A stretch of 64,000 bases of DNA. It comes from Lingula anatina (lineage: Eukaryota; Animalia; Brachiopoda). The stretch lies in the NCBI GenBank assembly GCA_051362555.1, contig JBPQGU010000016.1, positions 5,394,001 to 5,458,000 on the forward strand. Reading direction: 5' to 3'. The notes below the pieces were generated by a model. It was not told the DNA's origin and did no database searches. It saw nothing but the letters and a program-made list of their open reading frames with translations. Below are positions 52,728-64,000 of the stretch, in pieces; the first letter of the stretch is position 1; the number at the start of each line of letters is the position of its first letter. Both the position numbers and the translations under genes were made by a program.

Positions 52728-53374
52728 ATGATGGAAGACAGTCCAGCGTATATCAACAACCGCCTGAGCCTTTCCTTGAAGAGCGAGATCACCAAAGATC
52801 AGTTACAGAAAATAAAACAACTGCTACGGGGCCCAGTGGGGATGGCCGAACTGGAGGAGGCTGAAGATATGTGTTATGTGTTTAACCTGATGTTTGACAA
52901 GAACTTTATTAAAATTGGAGAGTATGGTTTTCTTAAGAAGTTGGTGGAGGGTGCTGGAATACCACGATTGGTTGATGTCATTGAAGAGGCAGAAAATAGA
53001 ATACGTAATTACTGTTTACTGTAAAAACAGTGTTTAGCTCCTAAACACATTTCTAAGCGCCTGTTTTGTCTCATTTTTCAACGCTCCTAAGCACTTTGGC
53101 TCCTTAGCATGTAACAAGCTTTTAGCCTGAATGTGTTTAGCAGTATTATATGCGTCTTTAACGGCTATATATATGTATGGTGTATATGATACGCTTTAAG
53201 GCGTTAAGGGTTTCAACGGTTTTAGCTACATTCACATATATTCTGTTATTGTAAATGAATTAAGCATCTTGGACTGATTTCTTACTTTCTTTTTTTTGTC
53301 TAGAGGAAGTTCAAGATGCAGCAGGAGTGCCCCAGCAGGCCAGTACGGAATCAGTGGGTCATCTGTATACGTAA
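52728..53374 (+). CDS. DED-only protein, subtype B copy 2
   Basis: Exon 52728-53004 and candidate exon 53304-53374 (QEVQDAAGVPQQASTESVGHLYT*); unspliced form stops at 53024. Confidence 0.8.
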
Positions 53375-55364
53375 GAATTTTTAAAAGCCTGCCGACCTCT
53401 CTACAGCAACTAGGAGCAGCAGCAGTTGAGAGTGACATTTTGTTTTCTTCTACTAGGACCACAGATTGATTTTTTACTAGATATTGACAGATATGTTTCT
53501 GGCCATTTATGAAATTTTTATTATCCTTTTGATATTCACGTTATAACCACATGTAAACACCAAAAAGACGTAAGTATTATTGATATTGTAATTGTTCTCT
53601 ATGACATCAAGTTACCACGAGTTTTGTGTGTGGCAATGCATCATAATGTATAGAATTGTTATTCTTATTGTACTGATGCACTATTCACTTCGTGAAAATG
53701 TCTAAAGTTATGTTAGCATATACAATTTCCATTCAAGCATTCCACTCTCCGATAAACCGCGCCATTTGTTTAAAGTTGAGTATGCCGGAGGAAGTATATA
53801 TATGTACATATGGAGTATTATAATTGTTCATTTTAATATTCGGTTGGAGTAAATAATTTGAACTGTACTTAGCATCACTTATGTTGTGGGAGTATAAGTA
53901 CAAAATAGTAGACAGTCTTCAATACGGAGGTTAGGTAGTGTGCAATCCCCCATGCTATGTGAGCAGATATTTGCGTGTAGAGCAATCCTGGCAAATGATC
54001 ATGAAGTACTCTATGTATACATATGTATCCCTATATAACTATTTGTGTAATGATGATGGTTATTCATATATGTATTTTTTATATATGATATAGTTTGTTG
54101 TATTGTCCATGATTGTACCTTTTACTTGAAAGTGTGAATCAATAAAGAATGTGAATCTGAATAGCGGCTTATGGTCTATCTCTATATCTATGTTTTTTTT
54201 TTCTTCAATTTTTTTTCATTTTTTTTTTTAAGAATTTGCTTTTCATATACAAATCTCTAATTCTGGCAGAATAAATGTTAACTGGTACAGTACCAACCAA
54301 TATTATTGTCCTTCTCACTGGACACAGTTCTAAATATTTGATTGTTGGTATTGTTGGTGAAGAATTAAGAAGGCTAGGCCTACGTAGCCTATAGATACAC
54401 TGTATAATCTATTTTATTGCTATTATAATTATTTGGGGGTGCAGGCCAGGGGGGGGGGGGGGGGGGGGGGGAGGGTGGAAGGTGAAACAGAGATAGGGAA
54501 GGCCACTGTATCTATATATTTACTGTTTTGAACAGAGCAAATGTAGTTGCGATCAGAAATGCAGCGTTTTTGTGTAGATATGGCAAAATAGGTTTGTTTC
54601 TTTTAAGATAGTTTTAAAATTATTTTCATATCCCGTTTTATTAATATTTTTCTTTTATACTTTGGGAGGGAGGTAGTAAGATTATAGGCCTACTAATGGT
54701 GGTAGTTTCCAAATGTTTCTATTCTACTTGTGGAATGCCGCGGTTGGGTCACAGGGTGGAATCACGTGCACAAAACGAACTTGAGATTTCAATCTTCCAG
54801 AAAATGTGTATGAAAAAGAGTTGGGCGGCTATTCAGAATAACACTAAGCTCTGATCATATAAAATGCTTAAAGAGTTGTTCCAACTTAAAAGGTCCCACC
54901 CACCCCAAACCACTAAGAGCCAATTTAAGACTAAGTAAATTGAGACTAGTCGCTCACTGCCTGCAAATAGAAGGGGTAGGTATGCACCCCCATACCCCCC
55001 CCCCCCCAACACATGCCCACCGAGTATATCTGAGGAGGATTTCACTTCCTTCTTAGCTGCCCAGCGTACGATGACCTCCGGTGCCCTTCTATGGCTAAGA
55101 TCCAAAGCTTCCTTTATGTTTGGGTGAATAAAACGTGTTTTTCGTCGACCAAGCTTAATGTGAACATATAAACGATTGCGGTGAGCTCTTTAAAAGCCAT
55201 AAAGGGATCCGTGGTGATGGGCATATAAGTTTACAGCTATCACCGCGGTTTTCTTCTTTGTCCTGGTGATATGGTTATCAAATAAATGAAACAAGACTGT
55301 GGTTCATAGTCCAACTAAGAAGATATTTTCTTTGAACGAGAAAAAGATCACATCAATAAGAAGC

Positions 55365-55645
55365 GCTCATTCCGGATTTTGGGCAAAAAATGGATTTTCC
55401 TGGGGTTAGCGACAATTCACCATACTTACTTTATGAATCTGTTCCGGCATTCACATTTAGTCCATTTTTTTTTTCGTTTTTGTTAAGAGAACTATTATAG
55501 ACGCTAGCCATCTTTAGCGGCCACGTGGTCAAGCACAGATTCCAGAATAATTGCGATAACCGCCGTTTTGGTGGTAAAATAGAATTTTTGTTTTTTCAAT
55601 GAGTTGTTCACAATGTGAAATATGGAAATCGAAGAGTTGTATAAC
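55365..55645. mobile_element. Degenerate copy of the TTAA MITE family
   Basis: gggcaaaaaatggattttcctg ... gaagagttgttat, similar to 23927-24262. Confidence 0.55.
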
Positions 55646-57127
55646 ACGGCAGTGTCATAGGTGTAAAACAAAAAAAGTAAATAATTGCATTTTCAGAATT
55701 ACTCACTAAGTAATTATAGTAGCATTTTGGATTTAAGCCTTGTCTTGCTAAGCACGCGCAAACACTGATCAAATATAAAAACTTTCCGATCTCAAGTAAA
55801 CAGCAGTGGTCAGCAAACGTGTCGCTTTAATTATTTTCTTTTATTTCACAATTATGACCATTATTGTTTATCATTATTACTATCGTTTTAATAACCCCCG
55901 ATGTTAGTGTACAATCCCCTTGTTGTCAGCAGTGACTCAACGTGTTGATAAAACCTAACATACGGTATGGTTATAAAATACTTTCTTTATATATGTGTAA
56001 CTATGTTATAATTACTTATTGACTTGAATGTTATGGCTTTGATTGCTCCTTAGGTGTGAAGGTATAAAGATATTTATTCATTCTATAACAAAATCAGTTT
56101 CATATGTAATGTTTTTCCTTGAAAAGACGACGCACAAAACGAAAGTAGAAGCGAAAGTAGAAAACGCAAAGTTACAATCTGTGTCAAAATTGACGAGAAG
56201 CGCAATTCTAACAAATCTGCCAAATCGCTGTGTATTAATATGCCAGTATAAAGTGCCTCTTTACTTATTCTAAACAATAAGTAATAAACGCAAAAGAACT
56301 TACAATACTCAATTGTGTCATGCATTAAAACGGAACAAAATTATTGCGTAATGTATAATATCCGTTTCACTAAACATACTGTAGGTAAAAGCAATGTTCT
56401 TGTAAATAGCAATCTAATTAATACAATTGACAAATACATTGTGTATATGACTTACTTGGCGCTAGCCTTAGCGTTTCTAACTTGATTTCTTATAAAAATG
56501 CTATGAGCTCAAAAGACGTCGTCCACATTCGTCTGTCTACGGCAAGAAGAGGGACAGTCTAGCGATGTGGACGCATACAACGAAATGCATCAGCCAATAA
56601 ACTGTTCATTTTGCTCATTAAGCCGGCTCGGGTCACCCTTGACGTGTAAGGGTCAAAGGACGGACCCATCAGCCTCTGTTTAAACAAAATACTATCTGTC
56701 TACTTAAATATGAAAAGCAAAATTAGGCATATTGAATACATAATATGAAAATATTAATTAAAAAAAATAAGCTGTTGCAATGAAAGCATATGCCACTCAA
56801 CCACCAAATTACATTGTGTATTTTACAGCGGTGTTTTTTTTTTTTTTTTTTCTTAACTATTTTAAGGCATTTTGTTTCACGGATGCGCACAAGGATGTTG
56901 TAATCCTACCTTAAAAAATGCGAAAAAAATTTCTCACAACCGTCATCGTTTGTAGTTGAGAGAAGTCAGGCAATTGCATTGTGTTAGTAGTGAAGCTACT
57001 CCGTCGCAATGGGTTGTTGTTTCTAGATTTGGAAAGTAGGTCGCGGGCTATATCCACTTACAACTCAGATCACTAGGACATAATAGCTGCACTACAGAGC
57101 GTGGTCGTCCCTGATCAGCTAGGAACC

Positions 57128-60100
57128 ATGGCGCTCCCTGATAGTGAAGTGACTGCTTGCCTCTCTGAACCCGATCCATCAACGTCGGTGAGTTGTTCTT
57201 TTGTATCCATTCACACGATCAGGTCACAAACAAATGATGCGCAAATAGAAACCAAAAGCGTAGCATTTCAAGTAAATAAAGTCTGTAGTTTTCGTTGCCC
57301 TGGCTTGCATGTTGCTTACCAGTACTTTTACATTTTATTGTATAATCTGTAGCAATGGTAGTTTTTTATAATGTCAATGCTCTTGCATCACGAAATTTGG
57401 TGTTGACGCAAATTCACCTCATTTCAAATTCACCTTGAGTCTTGACAACTTTCCAAAAGATTTAGTGTTACATGTACAGAGTAACATTATTTCTATAGTA
57501 ATTTCTAAAATATACTGAAGTGTTCAAGTTTCCAAAAGAAACTGAAGTGTATAAAGATATATGTGGTAAAATTACAGGATAGCTACGTAAGAGTAGACAC
57601 CAGAATTGGGTAAGATCGGATCACACAGGAGTCTATGCAGTACTTCTATTTTGTATTCAGTGTTTTAGAGCCCCTTGTGTTATCAGAGGACTGAGGACTG
57701 TCCCATATCAATATTATTCAAGACATTTGTCAAGTATTTGTGCCATAGTGGAACAGCAATGTACTAGTTTACAAATGTTCCTAATTTATGTACATGTACC
57801 ATGCCCTGTTTATGAGTGTCTGTAAGTGAGTCACTCAATATATCACTGGCTCATTTGTGAGTGAACTATTCAGAATTAAATGTGAATGTGCAGAATTAAA
57901 TGTTGCTGTTTTATGCACTGCATTCTGGTTATAAAACACAAACACATTAAATGTGTTTTGGCACTTCTAATTTTTTAAATTATTAAAATAATTAATGCAG
58001 TAAAGGACGAAAGTATGTTCTGGTGCTTTTATGTAACCTTAGACACCTGTTGAGTCAGGTAGGTATGACTAGGCTGACAAACTAAAGTGATGGTTCAGAT
58101 GCCACCATATGACACATGTATATTCTCTGATATGTAGCCATTGATTACACAGGGTTTTTTTTATGAAAAGCAGTTACTGTATACCAGTGAACTGTAATTC
58201 AACACTTCATTCAACACAGGATTGGAATCAGTCAAATGACCAAATCAAACTGATGACCTGCCAGACTGAGTTATGTAACTGTGGGATTCAGTGAATATCA
58301 GCTAGATATTTCAACAGATATGTCATAATTATTGAATAGCTACATGATAACAGACCCAGGGGATTATATGATATATCAAGATAGTCCAAACAATGCTATA
58401 TTGCATATGTTATACATGTAGAATTTACTAGTAAAAAGCTGTCCTGACATCAGTCTAATCACCACAGAATAAAACATTAGTTTTATTACAAGACTGAAGT
58501 GACTTGTGATATTATGGTCTTTGGTAAAACATGGCATTGTTCTTCAGAATTATCTTGTAAACACAAGTAATATTCATTTTACTGGTCACCTCTCTTTATC
58601 ATATTTCAGGGGTTTTACATGCAGCAAACCATGATGAGAATCAAAGATCCTAAGAGAAGTCTGCAGTTCTATACAGGAGTTATGGGCATGAGGTACAGGC
58701 CACGTTTACAGAGTCTTAAGTTCAAGTACTGAAGATTTAAGCAGCTAATTATATAAGCTGTGTTTAAAAAAATAATATTAATAAAATAAGATACTCTGGT
58801 CATATCTCAAAAGGACTTACTAGTAATTCACTTTTGATCAAACTTTTAATTTTAGACTTTTGAAGAAGTTTGACTTCCCAGCCATGAAATTCTCATTATA
58901 CTTCATGGGTTATGCAAAGAAAGAGGACATACCAACTGATGATAGCGAGAAAATAAGGTTTTGCTTTTCTCAACTTGGGACAATCGAACTTACCCAGTGA
59001 GTTTTGCATTTCATATTTCATTCCTGCATTTGGAGTCAGTGTGCATAAAAAAGTAACCCAAACACAAACTAATACATTTCAACTGTTTTCCAACAGTTCA
59101 CTTTTCAAAAAAAATGTTTGAAATACAGTGCACCAGATTAACCTTTCAGAAATTATTTTTACACAAAATCTTGTTTCGTAGTCAAACTTCATTTCTAACT
59201 TCAGACAGAAAAACTGATCATATGTGCGGAATATAACCTAAGATCTAATAAAGGGTATTTTCGATCTTAGGTATAACTGTGAATGAAAAAAAAATCAGTT
59301 TTGGAATAATAAATGACCAAATTTATTTTCAGTAACTGGGGGACAGAGTCTGATGAAGAATTTGAGTACCACAATGGTAACAGTGATCCAAGAGGTTTTG
59401 GTGAGTCTGAAAAATTTTGAATACTTCATTTTATCATCCTTAGGTATGAGTGATTTAAGTTTTTTATAAAGTTCATTAACTTTTGGTTGTTACTCTACAT
59501 AGACATATGGGCAAAAATAAACTTTCAGATACAAAATTTTACAATCACAGAAATAGCATTATTATATAGCATAGAATAGAACTATAAAGAAGTTTCAATT
59601 TTGTTGCTACCACTCGATATTAATGTTCAAAATTTAAGAAATTATGACATAATTAATAGAGTATCTGTAAAAGTCACAATTTCCCCCATTGTCAAGTAAT
59701 TACTGTACATGATGACTTAGTGGATGGCTTGCTTGCATTTTATTTATTTATTTATTTATTTATTGCAACATAGCACATTTCTCAGAAAATCAGTTTGGTA
59801 GCAGTGATTTATTTGCTCAAGCCTTTTTGGCAAAATGTGTGCAATATTTTATGTAAATTTAGGCAACATATGTTTAAGACTTTGTGACATCTTTCCCGTT
59901 TTCTCGTGACTTCATTTCTGTTGAGCATCTGTATATTTGTGAGCTTTACTGTTTAGAGTTTTTAGAGCTGTTGATTCGTTGTTTTGCAGGTCATATTGGA
60001 ATATGTGTCCCAGATGTTGATGCAGCTTGTGAAAGATTTGAAAAACATGGAGTGTCATTTGTCAAAAGACCAAATGATGGTTGGTATCACATAAATCAGT

Positions 60101-61855
60101 GATAATTCTGAGATTAATAAGTTTTGCCAATGTTTTTTTATTATATTTTTTCCATTTTTTATGTTCTTCAAAGTTGTTTTTTTTTCTTTTTGCAATTATA
60201 AACAGAGGATTTTTGTTAAAGATTATAAAGAACCAAATTTTTACTGCAAAAGTATACAATTATTGGAAAACTTTACTTGGAATAGTTATAACATTTTTGT
60301 GAAAATGAAAATATGTGGCCCTGTATTTTAGGGAAAATGAAGGGCCTTGCCTTTATAAAGGATCCAGATGGGTACTGGATCGAAATTCTAAATCCATACA
60401 AAGTGGTACGGAGAAACGTAGACTATTTCGTAGACAAAAATCCAGGGTGTAGTGTTAGAAGTAACCCAAGTTTCAGTACAGACGTAATCCATGCCAGCTT
60501 CTTTATTTTCAAATATGTGCTCTGTGATCCAAAATGTGGAATTTTGAAAATAAAGAAGTAGGTTCACACTGAGTCTGAAAGTCAGGTTAGGCTATATCTC
60601 CTATCTCCTAATCAGTTGATTATCTTGATTCATTGTTACATGTGACTTTGGGTAATAAATCCAAGTAGTCACACTGGAGAAGGGTGGTGGACCCGTGATT
60701 AGTTAGTTCATTGACACCTCTGGTTAAATACCAACATATGTTTGCCAATTACAGTACCATACACAACACTTTTTGTTTGTCAATATATCAGTGATTTGAT
60801 GAGGAATGAGTATTTTGGCAAAGCAAAACAAAAAAAATTGTTTTAGTCCTTGCCACCAATCATCTAGCTGCTGATTTACATGGCTTAATTTTGATACTGT
60901 GGTGGATATTTTTCATTAATTTACCGGTAGAAAACAGATTAAGCCCAGACCCTGTGTTTGAGAGAGAGAAAAAGAGATAGAAAGAAGAGACAAGGGATCT
61001 TATAGATTACCAAATTCTTCAGTGCACTGAAATTAAAGGGATAACAACTGTAGTTATCCATATTTCACAATAAATGAATTGTAAACATCTCATAGATATA
61101 TAATAAATTCCATTTTACCACCAAATACTGTGGTTAACGCAATTATTCTGGAATTTGTGCTTGTCATCACATCATTTGACCTCCATAGATGGCTACACTC
61201 TGTAATAATCTCTTAAGAGAATATTACAAAAAACCAAACTTTTTAGAAAAAAAAAACAGGGACTAACTTTGAATGTGGGAATGGATTCTTTAACCATCGG
61301 TAAGTATGGGAAAATTGTCCTTAACCTCAGGAAAATCCATTTTTTGGCCAAAATGAACAGTTGTTATCCCTTTAATATTTAGATCAGTTGTTTGATGTTA
61401 TGCAACCTAAGAGCAGTTATCCTACCCAAATATTCCTATTAATTATACTCCCAAATTGTTGTACAGTATTTATATTTACTCTCTATATCAAACTGTATCA
61501 TATTGTGTAAGTGTAATGTTATAATCACATGTAGCTTGATAATACCATGTTCACTATGGTTTATATCATTCAAGTTCTTTCCTGTACATTTCTAGTATGA
61601 AAGTGAATGGTACATTTTAGTCAAATTATTTTCATAAAAATGGCAAGTGCACTTTGTTTTCTTCAACATAGAAATTTCGTCATTCAGATTGTTTTGATGT
61701 TTTTTTCTCCTTTCTTTGGTGACAATAACTCGTGTAGGAGTGTCAGCTGCATTGATTGTTCACAAAATATTCTTAAACCAACATTGCTATGTACACTATT
61801 TGGCTAATATTTGATTTTAGCAGACTTTGCAAAGGCCAAAGACTAGAATTTTTTT

Positions 61856-61886
<31 letters not shown>

Positions 61887-62034
61887 ACCAAGCCTCCAGC
61901 ATTAATCTAATGTGGTTTTTGTTGTCATTCCAGGGAAGATGAAAGGTCTGGCCTTCATAAAGGATCCTGATGGCTACTGGATTGAAATTTTGAATAAAGA
62001 TAACATGGTGACAGGAGTTAAATTCAATGATTAG
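57128..62034 (+). CDS. GLO1: Glyoxalase I (lactoylglutathione lyase)
   Basis: Exons 57128-57187, 58610-58692 ([19 protein letters not shown]), 58856-58996 (FSLYFMGY...IELTH), 59333-59400 (NWGTE...[11 protein letters not shown]), 59990-60079 ([10 protein letters not shown]), then terminal exon 60332-60561 or 61934-62034 ([21 protein letters not shown]). Confidence 0.96.
60332..60561 (+). CDS. GLO1: GLO1 alternative terminal exon (proximal duplicate)
   Basis: tttag|GG AAA ATG AAG...; same phase and same core peptide as 61934-62034, with a different C-terminal tail. Confidence 0.75.
61037..61371. mobile_element. TTAA-flanked MITE (Kolobok-like), same family as 23927
   Basis: ttaa|agggataacaactgt ... 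acagttgttatccct|ttaa. Confidence 0.82.
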
Positions 62035-62816
62035 ACAGTCAAAGTGCCACTTCATTTCAAGACATTTACCTGGATTTTTTTTTCTTTGAAAAAAGAAATT
62101 TTTCTTTCACTTTCAGCTTTGCTGGTGATATTTTAAAGAACAAATGTCCAGAAGCACTGTTAATGCTGCACCAAATTGTTGCTATTCAATATAAATTGAT
62201 AACCAGTTGTGTTTACACTTCTTAATGATGGAAGTGATGAAAAGGAAAATGCCTTGAGCTGTTTTTACATCATGTGTACTGATTTTTGATATTCAAAATT
62301 TTCAATAAAGAGCTTTAAAGTGCAATAACCTCTTTTTTCATGTGTGTGTGTGTTTGGGGTGTCTGTGTGTTTGGAGTGTGTGTATGTGTGTGTGTGGAAG
62401 AGAGGATGTCTTGGGAGAGGGGTAAGGACTTTTTATTGTTTTACACCTCACCCACTTATACTGGGGCTTGCGGTTACATATGCTCACGTTTGACAACTTT
62501 TACTCTATCAGGAAAATGATGAACCAAGATTGAATTAAAGCACCTGTTGTAGTTAGCCTTTATTATTATTATTTAAGAATCAATTCAGTTGCTAAATGTA
62601 CAATTCATAAAGACTATAGGTGCACTCTTTTCATGGACACAAAGCTGTGACAATGTAAATTGTGACTTGAATTTTTTTTTTTGCTTCTACTCTACCTAAT
62701 ATCATACACCAATATTCCTGTAATTTAAGAGCAAACAGACCTTTTGTGCTGTAGATCTACATTACTCAAACAGCTGCTACAGTTTACACAAGATGCAAAA
62801 AAGACCAAGAAAAGAA

Positions 62817-63806
62817 TTAATTAATCTCTTTTTTACTGCCTTTGTTCATTTTCTTCAACTTTTCTAAGCTGTACCAGAAGCTTTTCATGATCCCAGCTGT
62901 CCATATACTTTTTACACTCTGACTCCAACTAGAATGGCTCACAATTTTAGACACACAATTTCCCACCACCTCTCCACACTCGTAATCCTTGGCACATATT
63001 CTTAAAACTTCCTCCGCATCTCTTGTCCGCTTATCCCTGTTGTAAAAATCAACTAATCTCTCTTCAAGCGTCTTCGGCAGCAGACTTAAATGATGGAAAA
63101 TTGCTGCTGGATCTTTCAGCTGCTCCAGTCTTCCTTGTGACTTACACCAGTTCACATTATCCTCATGGTCGAGGATCCCTTCGTACAGCTCACGGAACTT
63201 CTCCATATTTGGTTTGACAATATTTCTCACCTTGTTCTTGTCCTCACCAATGACCATACGGAAATCCCCAGAATAGGAGAGGTTACAGATGGTGCAGTAA
63301 AGCTCCTCCTCAGTGAAGTGTTCTGGGAGGATAATTAATGCCGTGTGCACTGCGCTGGCCAGGTTAGTATGAAGAGCTGCCTTCAGGTTCTCTCCACTCG
63401 GCTCCTTAAGGATCATCACAGGTTTGTGGAGCCTGCCGCCTACATACAGGGTGTCCCAGTCTAACAGGTCTGCAGTCAGCCGTCTTGTGCTGATTACACC
63501 ATACTTAATCAGCCTCTCCTCACACATGACACGTGAATTAAAATAAACACCAGCACCGTGTTTTTCTTGTATGTTGGCAACTCTTCGGCTGCCGAGATAT
63601 TTCAGGAAGGAATAATGAGAGCGATTTTGAGCAATATTAGCACGGTGCCACTCCACTGGGTCATCCACTACAAAGAAGAAATCTAGCATGTTTTTGGTTG
63701 GGTCTGTGTGCCCCAGTTGTTTGAAGACCCCTGAGCCATATGCAAATGCCATGTGCTGCTCTGGGAAATGGGAGATAATCTGTTTATACAGCTGTCTTGC
63801 TGCCAT
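62817..63806 (-). CDS. TAMM41: Mitochondrial phosphatidate cytidylyltransferase Tam41 (329 aa), single coding exon
   Basis: Uninterrupted ORF from caaaATGG: AFAYGSGVFKQ, MLDFFFVVDDP, GAGVYFN, IKYGVIS, DLLDWDTLYVGGRLHKPV, LSYSGDFRMVIGEDKNKVRNIV. Upstream acceptor cttttag at ~63825. Confidence 0.95.
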   Translation of the reverse strand: MAARQLYKQIISHFPEQHMAFAYGSGVFKQLGHTDPTKNMLDFFFVVDDPVEWHRANIAQNRSHYSFLKYLGSRRVANIQEKHGAGVYFNSRVMCEERLIKYGVISTRRLTADLLDWDTLYVGGRLHKPVMILKEPSGENLKAALHTNLASAVHTALIILPEHFTEEELYCTICNLSYSGDFRMVIGEDKNKVRNIVKPNMEKFRELYEGILDHEDNVNWCKSQGRLEQLKDPAAIFHHLSLLPKTLEERLVDFYNRDKRTRDAEEVLRICAKDYECGEVVGNCVSKIVSHSSWSQSVKSIWTAGIMKSFWYSLEKLKKMNKGSKKEIN

Positions 63807-64000
63807 TTTGATGACCTGATATCCTAAAAGATGATGTCTCGAATACACAAGAAGATATAAAACTGATCCTAAAAAATGAGAGAGATATCCTTTTTCAAAA
63901 ACTCCTTTTATTATGTGTTACTCAATAGAATGCAAAGTATGTGAGTGATACCGAAATAATGTCACACAGACTATTAATTAATTATCCACGTTTTGGTCCT

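Larger units (their letters stand above)
45225..53500. repeat. Segmental duplication copy 2 (NNMT-like + DED-A + DED-B)
   Basis: Colinear with 23220-33200. Confidence 0.93.

Overview
AT-rich, intron-containing animal genomic DNA; the repeat families suggest a lophotrochozoan-type invertebrate (inference only). Gene order: (1) a Sec24A/B-type COPII coat gene on the minus strand, with ~19-20 exons read by hand and its 3' end running off the left edge; (2) DCTN5 (dynactin p25), head-to-head with Sec24 across a ~390-bp promoter; (3) a ~31-kb tandemly duplicated region holding two NNMT/PNMT/TEMT-family methyltransferases and six small death-effector-domain (DED)-only genes of three subtypes; (4) glyoxalase I (GLO1); (5) a TAM41 gene with an intronless CDS, convergent with GLO1. 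Non-autonomous Helentron-like elements with internal satellites, TTAA-flanked MITEs and a probable solo LTR are scattered throughout. Most unusual signals: eight unrelated tandem arrays (38-100 bp units) that each straddle an exon-intron junction of Sec24 or DCTN5 and create decoy splice sites; a same-length, same-phase duplicated Sec24 exon that looks mutually exclusive; two GLO1 terminal exons identical in protein core but diverged at synonymous sites; and a recombining cluster of DED-only genes that lack the canonical FL and RxDL motifs and carry kB/CRE motifs, co-duplicated with the methyltransferase. All exon coordinates were read by eye and are not transcript-verified.
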